From the NCBI GenBank assembly GCA_029855935.1, contig JAGSHN010000031.1, positions 32,001-96,000 on the forward strand: a stretch of DNA of 64,000 nucleotides, read 5' to 3'. The DNA comes from Candidatus Thorarchaeota archaeon. Its GTDB lineage: Archaea > Asgardarchaeota > Thorarchaeia > Thorarchaeales > Thorarchaeaceae. The position numbers and the translations under genes were made by a program. The notes beneath the pieces were generated by a model. It was not told the DNA's origin, did not search any database, and saw only the letters and a program-made list of their open reading frames with translations. Positions 1-9,293 of this stretch are shown piece by piece (position 1 is the first letter of the stretch; each line of letters starts with the position of its first letter).

Positions 1-513
1 AACAGAACGACCTCTTATGTGGTCCACGCCTACGTTCAGGAATATCAGCAGCTGGGGACTCAGACCGAACTCGTCCTCCCCTCACAGGGAGCCTTCACTC
101 TATACTTTCCTGAGGGCGGAGGCTCGCCGGACATCCCTGAGAACACCTTTGTGGACCCTGATGCCCTCGGCCAGTACGCTGTGGTCGAGATTCAGTTTGA
201 GACCTCGGACTTTGGGCCGGTCGGATCCCTGTGGTGGTGGACGGATGCCCACGTGCATTATGTCATTGCGCTCGACGTTGTCGTGATAGGGCAGTGGATA
301 TGGCCACTGGACGAGGCACTGGGTGGCGAGAACAGGGCTGGTGGCGGGACGAAAGTGTCGCCCTGGGACGCCGCAGCACGGGCGCTGGGCGATGCATTCT
401 CAGCGCTCGGCGACTGGCTGAACCAGTTCTGGTGGGTCATCCCCATCGTGATCATCAGCGTTGCCACCCTTGTGCTTCTTGTCCTGTTGAGAGGAATCGT
501 GCCGAGGAGGTAA
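1..513 (+). CDS. Putative virion membrane protein, 5'-truncated by window, C-terminal TM anchor
   Basis: Frame open from base 1; ends in FWWVIPIVIISVATLVLLVLL-RGIVPRR. Confidence 0.7.
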   Translation, partial: NRTTSYVVHAYVQEYQQLGTQTELVLPSQGAFTLYFPEGGGSPDIPENTFVDPDALGQYAVVEIQFETSDFGPVGSLWWWTDAHVHYVIALDVVVIGQWIWPLDEALGGENRAGGGTKVSPWDAAARALGDAFSALGDWLNQFWWVIPIVIISVATLVLLVLLRGIVPRR

Positions 514-520
514 TAGCATC

Positions 521-721
521 GTGGAGTGGGGGCTGGTCTTTATCGTGCTGGCAGCAGCAATAGGAGTGGCAGGCTCGCTACTAGTTGAGGATATGCTGGT
601 GGCGGTCTATCACCACTGGGTCAAGAAACGCCAGCAGGAGAAGATCCCAGTACGTCGCTGGGTCGTCAGGGACTATGGCGACAGGATGGTCATTCTATGC
701 AGGGGGTGGAAGAGGGAGTGA
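521..721 (+). CDS. Small single-TM viral protein
   Basis: Hydrophobic N-terminus then basic tail; stop overlaps next start. Confidence 0.6.
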   Translation: MEWGLVFIVLAAAIGVAGSLLVEDMLVAVYHHWVKKRQQEKIPVRRWVVRDYGDRMVILCRGWKRE

Positions 722-3700
722 GAGGTCGCGCTGTGGTCCTGCTCTTTGTACTGATGATTATGCTACCAGCCCTCGGGCCGATGGTGCCCTCACTGGTTGT
801 TCCCCCCTCCCACCAGACTACTTCTGGCCCGAGGGCTGACCCCTCACAGAACTTCAGCACGAGCGCGGACGGGGACGTGTCGCCCGACTCCATCACCAGT
901 TTCAGCGAGACTCTCCCGGATGATGTCATGTTCTATCCCGATAACGAGTCCTATGGGAGCGGGTACGTCGAATCGTTCGCCGACGTCACTGACTGGTACA
1001 CAAATGCTTGGGAGAGCGAAGACTCCTACTCAACGGATGGAGATATTCTGTCGCTGGAGTCGTACGGAAACGCGAACAATGACGTTGACAAACTCTTGAG
1101 CGACTCAATCTCAATCTCAATGTACAACTACTTTGAATTCAGATACCGAATGAATGTGAGTACTGGGGGCGCAGATGGTGTCTGGATTGCCTTCTACGAT
1201 GCGGCAGGCGCCTTGATTCGCTACTGGTCCACGGATTCATTGACGGCCAATAAGTGGGTCACGGTGAAGCGTTGGATACCCACGTTGTCTGCGGGCAGCA
1301 GTTCGTCAACGACCATTGAGAAGGTGGGGCTCTATACGAGAACGGATGTCGGAGAGCACGCGAGGCTTGACGTTGACTACGTGCGTGTTGCCTCTGGTGA
1401 TCAAATGGGCTGGCAATATGACGGTTCTACTCTCTGTGGTGTAGAACCCGCGTCGTTGGCGAACTGGCAATCTACTACTGAGATATTAAGTGGGGACCAG
1501 TTTCGGGTCACAGCGAAGAAGATTGCCGCAGGTAACTCCTATTTCTACGTCAAGTTCTACACAGACACGACAAGCACGATTGCTGAGGTCGATGAGGACT
1601 ACTATCCCTTTTTCAAGATTAGATGGGCTGGCGATAATCTCAATGACACTAGCTGCTGGATGTATCTGTATGTGTACGGACAGGACAAGAACCCCACGTG
1701 GACGGAAATGATGACCGCGGGGCTGGTCCATAGTGTCGACTTCAATGAGACCGTTGTCATGAATGTCGACGCAATCGCAAGCGAGCCCAACTCTCGTGAC
1801 TACATCGCAACAATCTATGTATACCTTGATGATAATCGCATCAATTCAGTCGTACAGATTACTGTAGACTACATGAAGATGTACTCCATTGCGGAGTTCT
1901 CCATCTCGCAGAACTACGTTGAGGTCGATGATATTGCGTATGTACAGAACGGTCTGCTGTACACGGAGCTGGACGGGTATCCTGAATCAATCATATTCAA
2001 CCACGACCCAGCAGTTTCAATATCCCCGACTTATAACGTTGTGAACTTGACGCTTGCCGACTCCGACCCGACGAGCAGTCCCTACGACTACGGGGTAAGG
2101 GTCTATCAGACCACTTCTACGTACTTGACAAAGTACGAGGAAACGAGATTCGATTGGACGAGTTCACTGACAGAGGTGACCGATTTCTTCATAGAGTCCT
2201 ACTATACGAACATCATCAGCGCAATCAAGTTCTGGCAGGACTCCGCTGCGCCGGAGATAATAGCTGTATGGAACACGCCCTCCGAGCCAGACAATGCCAC
2301 AAGTGTTCGGTTCTCCGTGACAGCCTATGATCTGATGGGAGTCTACTCGGTCTCGCTAGTGTCCCTGATGCAGCCGGCCGGATCCTCCATCTCCGCCATA
2401 ACTCTATCGCGCTATGCTCTGGGCGCAGGATCTGAGCTCTGGACCGCGAACGAAACACTGTCGGTGCCGGGCGAGTACGTGTTCGAGGTCCGCGTCTCGG
2501 ACGGAGCGAATGTCGCCTACGAGACACTCTCTCTGGTGGTGGACCAGTACGAACCCGCTACGCTCGTGGTCAGCGACAGCGTCTTCTCGTACAACAACGA
2601 GACCAACGTCCTATCGGGTGATGTGTCCATTCCCTGCTCCTATTCTGTGTACGAGAACGACAGCCTTACGGCGTCCGGATCGCTGTCCGCAGGCTCCTAC
2701 AGCATCGAGTGGCCTCACTCGACCACCCCTGGTAATTACTTCTGGGCTGTCAAGTTTGAAAATGGAGGCCACACGATGTGGAGGAATGGGACGTACCACA
2801 TCGATGGCCAGATTCATGACGGTGATCTGTACTACGCTCTCCTATACTCCTACCCTCTGGAGGTGACCGACATGTCACACTTCTGCGCCAGACCAGAATA
2901 CAGCGGGTACATGTTCTTCCTGCTATGGGGCGACCTCGACAACGTCACCACTTCCATCACAATGGAGCCCTATGTGTACGAAGGAGCCATGACCGGATTC
3001 TACTGCGAGGTCTACGGAGTCTGGTCGCTCCTCATCCCAATTGACGATGCCACGATACATCAGTTTGCGAGTTCTAACGTTGGAAACGTGTTCAGTAATT
3101 TCACTATGAAGTACAACGGTCGAGTCGTGACACCTGCAATAACGACCTTCGGCGGGGGATGGGATCACTACACGTACGAATTTTTCAACACCGGAAGCGG
3201 ACAGACTGGAGTCATCTATCTCAGTGACTACTTTCTTGCACCAAAGACGTTTCAGTACTTTGTCCTCGATAATGGAACCTTCGTGGACTCGAACACTATA
3301 GACTATGACATCGCGGTGTATCATAATTATGAACTATCTCCGTACATAGGTGGCTGGGGGCGCTTCCTGTTCCGCGTTCGCGTCAACAACCAATTTGCGG
3401 GCTGGGGTGTAGGAGTCACTTGGACGGATCAGGACTACAACGACGGACGTCAGTATCTGGAGGTCGACCTCTACGGCCTCAACACCGATTTTCTCGACAC
3501 TACCTGTTCCATCCAACTCGATCTTGTCTGGGGGATAGCATTCCTGGCAAACGAGACCTTCTCCTTCGATGAAGACGGGATAGCGACGGCACTCACCTCT
3601 CTCTACACCCAACCGCTTCTCTACGTTCCCGGAAGGCTCCAGATTGAGAACCGGCTTGCACTTGTGGCGGAGCGGTACGTCACCTTCTCCGGCACGACGA

Positions 3701-4146
3701 ACCTCCCCTGTAATGTCACGGTTACGGAGAACGGCACCGTCGTTGCGACTGCTGAGATCTCGCAGGCGGGAGAGTTCTCCCTGCTGTGGAATAGAAGTGT
3801 CGGGAACGGCGACATCATCGCAACCCTTCACTTCTACACCTCGACCAGTGACGTCTACATCAACGTCACCTATGCCATGCTCCGCGAGATTGAGTACGTG
3901 GACTACGACCAGATCTGGAAGATAGTCCAGAGCGAGGCGGACAGGATAATACGACAGAGTCCAGCGGGAGCCAGCCCAGAGGCTGTGCAGAATATAGTCT
4001 CCAATGCAGTCGTGCCAATCTGGGCATTCATAGTTGTCTTCGGCGTGTTCGGTCTTCTCCTCCTGTGGAGGTTCACGGACTCGATTGCGGAACGGGTCGC
4101 CAAGATGATGAGAAGGAGCGCGGGACTCAGGAGGTCGAGAGGATGA
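718..4146 (+). CDS. Large surface spike/adhesin-like glycoprotein (~1140 aa)
   Basis: N-terminal signal/TM, beta-rich Y/T/S/D modules, many N-x-S/T sequons, C-terminal TM; GTG start at 718 after GGGA. Confidence 0.8.
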   Translation: MRGRAVVLLFVLMIMLPALGPMVPSLVVPPSHQTTSGPRADPSQNFSTSADGDVSPDSITSFSETLPDDVMFYPDNESYGSGYVESFADVTDWYTNAWESEDSYSTDGDILSLESYGNANNDVDKLLSDSISISMYNYFEFRYRMNVSTGGADGVWIAFYDAAGALIRYWSTDSLTANKWVTVKRWIPTLSAGSSSSTTIEKVGLYTRTDVGEHARLDVDYVRVASGDQMGWQYDGSTLCGVEPASLANWQSTTEILSGDQFRVTAKKIAAGNSYFYVKFYTDTTSTIAEVDEDYYPFFKIRWAGDNLNDTSCWMYLYVYGQDKNPTWTEMMTAGLVHSVDFNETVVMNVDAIASEPNSRDYIATIYVYLDDNRINSVVQITVDYMKMYSIAEFSISQNYVEVDDIAYVQNGLLYTELDGYPESIIFNHDPAVSISPTYNVVNLTLADSDPTSSPYDYGVRVYQTTSTYLTKYEETRFDWTSSLTEVTDFFIESYYTNIISAIKFWQDSAAPEIIAVWNTPSEPDNATSVRFSVTAYDLMGVYSVSLVSLMQPAGSSISAITLSRYALGAGSELWTANETLSVPGEYVFEVRVSDGANVAYETLSLVVDQYEPATLVVSDSVFSYNNETNVLSGDVSIPCSYSVYENDSLTASGSLSAGSYSIEWPHSTTPGNYFWAVKFENGGHTMWRNGTYHIDGQIHDGDLYYALLYSYPLEVTDMSHFCARPEYSGYMFFLLWGDLDNVTTSITMEPYVYEGAMTGFYCEVYGVWSLLIPIDDATIHQFASSNVGNVFSNFTMKYNGRVVTPAITTFGGGWDHYTYEFFNTGSGQTGVIYLSDYFLAPKTFQYFVLDNGTFVDSNTIDYDIAVYHNYELSPYIGGWGRFLFRVRVNNQFAGWGVGVTWTDQDYNDGRQYLEVDLYGLNTDFLDTTCSIQLDLVWGIAFLANETFSFDEDGIATALTSLYTQPLLYVPGRLQIENRLALVAERYVTFSGTTNLPCNVTVTENGTVVATAEISQAGEFSLLWNRSVGNGDIIATLHFYTSTSDVYINVTYAMLREIEYVDYDQIWKIVQSEADRIIRQSPAGASPEAVQNIVSNAVVPIWAFIVVFGVFGLLLLWRFTDSIAERVAKMMRRSAGLRRSRG

Positions 4147-4355
4147 GAGTGAAGGAGACCATAGCGCGAAAGTCAACCTACACGATGATCTTGGCAGTGA
4201 GTTTCTTCATTGCTGTGCTATTGTTCAGCGACTGGTTCGGCGTGACATTCGTGGGCGGGATAGGTGAGCTCTTCCGGCTGTTTCTGCTGTTCCTGCTGCT
4301 CACCAGCCTGTCCAGCGTTCTCACGTGGGCGATGTTCAGGGGGTCGACTGAGTGA
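4143..4355 (+). CDS. 70-aa two-helix hydrophobic protein (candidate capsid/matrix protein)
   Basis: ATG overlaps upstream TGA; two hydrophobic helices joined by a Gly-rich turn. Confidence 0.6.
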   Translation: MRVKETIARKSTYTMILAVSFFIAVLLFSDWFGVTFVGGIGELFRLFLLFLLLTSLSSVLTWAMFRGSTE

Positions 4356-4696
4356 TGCTAGTCCTCCTCGTTCTCAGTCCGTTCATTCCGTTGTTCGCCC
4401 TCATGGTACACGAGGGCGCCCACGCATTGATGGCCCGCTGTAGACGGGTCCACTACGTATGGTTCTGGGACGGCAGGCACATAGGTCTGGACCTCGACGA
4501 GCACGCTCCAAGGACAGCGCTGAGGTCAATTGCAGCAGCGGGACCCATTGCCGAGCTAGTGGCGCTACTCTGTTGGCTAGTAGTTCTTGTCGTCCAAGAA
4601 GTGATCATCTGGCCCATGTTCATCCCTCAGATTGCCTATGCCATCTGGTATGGGAACGAAGAGATTAGACGTGTAGAAGCGGAGGTTGAAGAATGA
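4352..4696 (+). CDS. Minimal M50/site-2-protease-like Zn metallopeptidase
   Basis: HEGAH in a hydrophobic helix plus IAAAGP motif. Confidence 0.65.
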   Translation: MMLVLLVLSPFIPLFALMVHEGAHALMARCRRVHYVWFWDGRHIGLDLDEHAPRTALRSIAAAGPIAELVALLCWLVVLVVQEVIIWPMFIPQIAYAIWYGNEEIRRVEAEVEE

Positions 4697-4724
4697 ATCA
4701 GGCACTCAAGCTGAACCTGTTCAT
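4688..4724 (+). repeat. 37-bp exact direct repeat, copy 1
   Basis: GAAGAATGAATCAGGCACTCAAGCTGAACCTGTTCAT, identical at 9577..9613. Confidence 0.95.
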
Positions 4725-5712
4725 AGTGTTCTTGGAGGTCGCGGTGGTGGTCGGACCTCTGCTGCTAATCAGACAAGCGGAGGCGGTCGGTGCTGCGAAC
4801 CCCTTCACGAACACGACGATATTTATCGCAGTTGCTGCCGTCGTGGCCTTCGTGGGCCAGCAGATCGTGAAGTACAGCGTGGAGAGGGAGCTCGGTGCAA
4901 ACCGCGTTCTCGACCTCGTCGTGCGCGGGAAGGGTGCCAGGGCCGAGGAGAAGAACGAGGTAGAGCACAGATACATAGTCTCCGAGACCTACCCTCTGTA
5001 CGACTCATCGCTGGACGACCTGCTGAAAGGCGAGCAGGCGCAGATCTACGCGACCGTGCGCGAGTACTGGGACCGCGTCACCAGTCGTGAGCGTGAGGGA
5101 AACACGCACATCGAGTTGGTGAACACAGATGAGGGCTGGAAGCTCTTCCTCATGCCAGCCCCCTTCGAGGTCACGTTCTCATTCTCGGAGCGCTTCATCG
5201 AGGGTGGCCTCTGGGGCAAGAAGATGCTCGCGAGCTCCGGCTCCGCACTGAGCCTTGGTGAGATGTCGCAGCAGGTGGAGTTCGACACGCGCAAGATAGA
5301 GAACTGTGAGGTGCTCATCATAGTCGATTCCAACTATCTTGCGGCGGCGCTTGAGGCGAGAATCTTACTCGACCCGGATTTGAACATCGACGAGATTGCG
5401 CAGGCCATCCAGCGCCACGTCCAGTTTCAAAATGTGCAGCTCGCTATGGACCTCACGGCGGCAACAGAAGAGAACAAGGTCCTCTGGGAGAAGTATCTGG
5501 CTCAGGATTACGACGTCGACCGACGTGCAGCCAAGAAAGCGAGATTGATGACCGTGAAGTATCTGGAGGGCGAGGAGGATGCGATCCCGAAGGAGTCCCG
5601 CGTCAGCCTGTCGTCACTGAAGTGGTGGCACTGGCTTCTGGTGATCCTGCTCATCGTCGGAGGAGTACTACTATTGCGGATGTTGCTGGTACCAGCGCCT
5701 GCAGGAGGATGA
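4693..5712 (+). CDS. Viral membrane protein (2 N-terminal TM, coiled coil, C-terminal TM); long paralogue of 9582..10181
   Basis: Hydropathy; colinear similarity to 9582..10181. Confidence 0.75.
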   Translation: MNQALKLNLFIVFLEVAVVVGPLLLIRQAEAVGAANPFTNTTIFIAVAAVVAFVGQQIVKYSVERELGANRVLDLVVRGKGARAEEKNEVEHRYIVSETYPLYDSSLDDLLKGEQAQIYATVREYWDRVTSREREGNTHIELVNTDEGWKLFLMPAPFEVTFSFSERFIEGGLWGKKMLASSGSALSLGEMSQQVEFDTRKIENCEVLIIVDSNYLAAALEARILLDPDLNIDEIAQAIQRHVQFQNVQLAMDLTAATEENKVLWEKYLAQDYDVDRRAAKKARLMTVKYLEGEEDAIPKESRVSLSSLKWWHWLLVILLIVGGVLLLRMLLVPAPAGG

Positions 5713-5715
5713 GAT

Positions 5716-6192
5716 ATGGCATCTAGAATGAGGGAGATCCGCGAGTGGATAGAGTTCGCAGAGGACCGCGCGGCTGCAAAAGAAGAAGCGAAGAAGGCCG
5801 CAAGCGCAGATATAGACCCCAAGAAACATGGCCTGTTCGCGGGGAGCCGGCCGAAGTCAAGGCTGGTCCGTGGTATCAACAGGCTCCGGCTTGTGCAGTC
5901 GTTCTCAGAGATTGGCAAGGACAAGATTGTGGAGGACGAGCAGCTCCTGCCGAGGCTTCTCGCAGAGAATCTCGAGCAGAATCTCGACTACTATGTCCTG
6001 CTACCGCGCCCCGCGCTGGTCGAGGCGCGTGAGCACGGTCAGGAAGTCGTCCCTATCAGTCCTGCGGAGCTCGACGAGGAGACGCGGAGATTGCTGGAGA
6101 TGACCGAGATCCCTGCTCAGGAGCAGGGTAACGAAGAGTCTAAGAGTGAAGATGAGCATGTAGAGGGTGATAGGAACGATGAGAATGAATGA
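5716..6192 (+). CDS. Hypothetical viral protein with acidic C-terminus
   Basis: GGAGG RBS, operon position. Confidence 0.7.
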   Translation: MASRMREIREWIEFAEDRAAAKEEAKKAASADIDPKKHGLFAGSRPKSRLVRGINRLRLVQSFSEIGKDKIVEDEQLLPRLLAENLEQNLDYYVLLPRPALVEAREHGQEVVPISPAELDEETRRLLEMTEIPAQEQGNEESKSEDEHVEGDRNDENE

Positions 6193-6451
6193 AGAGAAGC
6201 TGGGACTGACCGCGAACATCATTCAGGTCTTTGGACTCGGGCTGGCATTGATGGTGGCCTTCCAACTGATGAACATCGTGGACCAAATGCTCTACTGGCT
6301 GTCAGTGACTGCACTCGCGAGTGCCTTTCTCGCTGGCGTCGTCTTATCCAACAGAGAGTCAAAGCTCACTCATGCCCTCTGGCTGATGGCTCTGTCATTC
6401 ACTCTCATTGTCGTTGGCTATGCCATAGTCGTCATTGGGGTGAGAACATGA
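6185..6451 (+). CDS. Three-TM viral membrane protein
   Basis: Hydropathy; overlapping gene junctions. Confidence 0.7.
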   Translation: MNEEKLGLTANIIQVFGLGLALMVAFQLMNIVDQMLYWLSVTALASAFLAGVVLSNRESKLTHALWLMALSFTLIVVGYAIVVIGVRT

Positions 6452-6633
6452 AGAGGCAGACTCTGGAGGATATTCAACTTGTGATGTTGGGAGCCGGCGT
6501 GTTTGTTCTCATGTACCTCATTGGGAAAATGGTGGCTAACACGGACATTCTGGCCCCCGGTAACGAGTTCTATCTGATAGCTGTGTTGATAGGTGCTGCA
6601 GCACCATTCTATGTCCTTCTATTCGACAGATGA
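6448..6633 (+). CDS. Two-TM small viral protein
   Basis: Hydropathy; ATGA overlap. Confidence 0.65.
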   Translation: MKRQTLEDIQLVMLGAGVFVLMYLIGKMVANTDILAPGNEFYLIAVLIGAAAPFYVLLFDR

Positions 6634-6646
6634 GGACTGACCATGC

Positions 6647-8365
6647 ATGACCGCGACCACTGCCAGCGAGAGCCACTTCGACATCCCTCCGGGCGGGGAC
6701 AGACCACCGGAGCCAATACGTAGGGACCGCTACGGCAGGTGGCTCGCATACTTTCCCAGCAGAGGCTGGTACCCTGCAGTGCCGGTGCCCACACTCAAAC
6801 GATGGGACAAAACAGAACTGGACTGGCGTCTCGATGCAAGGATCTGGTGGGCGACAGACACCGTCCGCGAGAGCTGGAAGAACCGGGCCGAGGAGGACCC
6901 ACGCCTCTTCCGTGCACTTACGACAGACGGCACACTGACCTTTCTCCGCACTATTCAGCAGCTCGCGTTCCGCTTCGAGGGGCATGAGGGCGGGAATGCA
7001 GTCATTGCCATCAGAGGGCCGCGTCGAAGCGGAAAGTCGTTCCTGGCATTCTCCATTACCGGCCTGTGGACCCGAATGATGCGCTCGCAGGCACATATCA
7101 CGTTCTCCGCAGGTCTGACCAGTACCTTGGCCAAGTCCTCCGATGGCGATATCATCGTGGTAGATGAGAACAGTGCGCTCTCCGGTGGAGAGAGTTCCAC
7201 GTTCTACAAGCAACGTAAGAATCTGATAGACCAGACCGGCGTGAAGAAGATCGCACTGGTGCTCATTGGCCCGGACATCGACTTCAAGGCCTTCGGTCGC
7301 GCCCTCGACCTCGGCATCGAATGGTGGGGTGCCTGGCAGAGCAAGAACGCCACCCGCTTTGTCGTGTTCGACCATGCCGAGCGACCTCTCTATGTCGCAG
7401 GTCTCCAGCGGACGTTCCTGTGGACTCAGGAGCCATTCGCCTCCTATCTTGTCCAGAAGCATGCGATGTTGGATGAACTCATAGAGGCTGGAGGCGTAGA
7501 CACAGCAGCCACAGCCTATGATGAAATGTGGGATGAATACTACTCAGTGCTGATGCAGGAGATACGGGAACGATACCCGCATCACGTCCCATCGGTGCGC
7601 ACTATCCGAAGTATTGCAGTACGAGACCTCAAGCTGAGGTTTCCAACAATCAGCTTTCGTGACGACCTCTGTACGCTAGTTCGCGACGATCTCAAGGCCA
7701 GCATGGAGGTACAGAGTGATAATAATTCATCACTCCCAGTGGTGTCTACGACGACATCAGAGGGGTGGGAGACCTTCCGCGAGGGGATGTACCGACTGGG
7801 GTTCGAGTACGGCGGCGGGAAGAAGCACAGAGAGCGAGATGCGTGGGCGCTCGCCTGGTGGTACGTGCCAGAGACCACGGAGCACTGGACCTACAAGGAA
7901 GTGGCCCGAAAGGTGAACTTTGACGGAAATCCCGACTCGCTCGGCAAGCAGATAAACCGGCTGTTCGGTCGAATCCCCACGAAGGCCGTTGGAGACCTTG
8001 GCGAGATTTGCCTCGCGTCGTGGTTAGATTCTCTCCGCCCGCGCCGCGCACCGAGCACCGGACGTGGCACGCCCGACCTGCTGGTGGACGTGGAGGGTCA
8101 GGAGGTCGCGATCAACGTCAAGACCTCGCTCGAGGACAACTACCGCGAACACATACCCACCACACCAGAGTACCACTGGCGGCCCAACGCCCTGATCGCA
8201 CTGGTCCTGCCCAGACTCCTCGAGATACGACTCTTCCCCATCACACAACCCAAACAGTCCATCAACCGCAACAACGGAGTCCTGACAACGCCGGAGAGGG
8301 TTTCTAACCACGTCAGAGAGATGGTCCTCCGTCAGCAGACAGAGGGCGGAGGCGGCGGCGTCTGA
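6647..8365 (+). CDS. P-loop ATPase (morphogenesis/packaging-like) fused to HTH and C-terminal PD-(D/E)xK-like nuclease
   Basis: Walker A GPRRSGKS, Walker B IIVVDE; C-terminal GDLGE...PDLLV...INVK. Confidence 0.75.
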   Translation: MTATTASESHFDIPPGGDRPPEPIRRDRYGRWLAYFPSRGWYPAVPVPTLKRWDKTELDWRLDARIWWATDTVRESWKNRAEEDPRLFRALTTDGTLTFLRTIQQLAFRFEGHEGGNAVIAIRGPRRSGKSFLAFSITGLWTRMMRSQAHITFSAGLTSTLAKSSDGDIIVVDENSALSGGESSTFYKQRKNLIDQTGVKKIALVLIGPDIDFKAFGRALDLGIEWWGAWQSKNATRFVVFDHAERPLYVAGLQRTFLWTQEPFASYLVQKHAMLDELIEAGGVDTAATAYDEMWDEYYSVLMQEIRERYPHHVPSVRTIRSIAVRDLKLRFPTISFRDDLCTLVRDDLKASMEVQSDNNSSLPVVSTTTSEGWETFREGMYRLGFEYGGGKKHRERDAWALAWWYVPETTEHWTYKEVARKVNFDGNPDSLGKQINRLFGRIPTKAVGDLGEICLASWLDSLRPRRAPSTGRGTPDLLVDVEGQEVAINVKTSLEDNYREHIPTTPEYHWRPNALIALVLPRLLEIRLFPITQPKQSINRNNGVLTTPERVSNHVREMVLRQQTEGGGGGV

Positions 8366-8380
8366 GTGGGAGAGCGACGT

Positions 8381-8575
8381 TCAGTAGTCCTCGCGAAGGC
8401 ATCTACTAAGTTGTTGGAGAAACTTGACGATCTCCAAACCTTTGGCCATGCTGGTTTTAAAGAAAGTCCCCAAGAGAGGACTGGAGAAAAGGACACGATG
8501 ATTGTGTGTGTCCTCACAGACTATAATCTCGATGCCCTCAACCTCTATAGTTTCTCTCTCTCGAGGTTCTGTCAT
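8381..8575 (-). CDS. 64-aa hypothetical protein, probably leaderless
   Basis: MTEPRERETIEVEG...; BRE/TATA-like CGAAAG-TTTTTAC ~24 nt upstream on the minus strand. Confidence 0.5.
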   Translation of the reverse strand: MTEPRERETIEVEGIEIIVCEDTHNHRVLFSSPLLGTFFKTSMAKGLEIVKFLQQLSRCLREDY

Positions 8576-8606
8576 GCATTTACATGTCCTTGCGTTGCGT
8601 AAAAAC

Positions 8607-8638
8607 TTTCGCACTCCACCAGGTACGGAGGTGCGAAA
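8607..8638. promoter_or_regulatory. Inverted repeat TTTCGCAC-N16-GTGCGAAA overlapping a BRE-like element (candidate operator)
   Basis: 8-bp perfect arms with inner TCC/GGA pairing. Confidence 0.45.
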
Positions 8639-8649
8639 ATCTCTTCGCC

Positions 8650-8687
8650 TAATAGGGAAAAAGGAGGGGTCCGAGTGGGACTCGGAC
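8650..8687 (-). terminator. Hairpin plus pyrimidine tract downstream of 8696..8869
   Basis: GTCCGAGT-GGG-ACTCGGAC, then CCCTCCTTTTTCCC on the minus strand. Confidence 0.6.
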
Positions 8688-8695
8688 AGACTACT

Positions 8696-8869
8696 TTAAC
8701 GATTGCTCCCGAACTGCCTGTAATAGTTCCATGTAATCACAGAATTGACAATGACAAAGACTAGAGACCACAGCAACACTTCAAGATAATCCATGTATCC
8801 CAACAAGTACATGATCACGAGAACTGCTGTAACCGCCCCCTGAGGAATCACGAACACGAACGCCGGCAT
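8696..8869 (-). CDS. Small two-TM protein of the lysogeny cassette (superinfection-exclusion candidate)
   Basis: Hydropathy; own TATA-like CTTTATAG near 8950 (minus) and terminator. Confidence 0.6.
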   Translation of the reverse strand: MPAFVFVIPQGAVTAVLVIMYLLGYMDYLEVLLWSLVFVIVNSVITWNYYRQFGSNR

Positions 8870-8962
8870 TGGTTGCCTTCTCAACTTCTAATCCCCCGCG
8901 CAGGACTTCTTGACCGTCCACGCGGGAGCCCGTATATCCTATCCATCCTATAAAGTCTCTTC

Positions 8963-9250
8963 CTATGCCTGTTCGAGAATCGCAAGTATCTCCCTGATCT
9001 TCTCCGCTACCCTGCGCCCCTTCTCTGTCAGCCGCAGATAGACCTTCGGTCGAGGCCCCTCCTCTCTCTCCTCGACAATCAGACCGAGCCTTCGAAGATT
9101 CTGTCGGCACCTGCGCAACGCATCTTGACTGACTATTCCTCGAGGATTGAACTGGCCTCGCAGAAGCTCGGTCACGAATCTCTCCTTCTCCTGCAACATG
9201 AGTAGGACCCGCAAGGCTCCCCGTTGCTCAAGCATTTCCAACAAATTCAA
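8963..9250 (-). CDS. Winged-helix transcriptional repressor (MarR/HxlR-like)
   Basis: LRRLGLIVEE...KVYLRLTEKGRRVA wing motif. Confidence 0.85.
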   Translation of the reverse strand: MNLLEMLEQRGALRVLLMLQEKERFVTELLRGQFNPRGIVSQDALRRCRQNLRRLGLIVEEREEGPRPKVYLRLTEKGRRVAEKIREILAILEQA

Positions 9251-9293
9251 TGTCTATCGTCATTCAACAACCGACATGATTTAGTTATCCGTT

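Noticed and set aside
4693-5712. YPxL-like ESCRT late-domain motif (YPLYDSSL) in a viral membrane protein
   Set aside because: Too degenerate to support.
8414-8568. Series of four 5-7-bp hairpins suggesting a packaging signal or ncRNA
   Set aside because: Short stems are expected by chance, and the region is better explained by the minus-strand ORF 8381..8575 with its own promoter.
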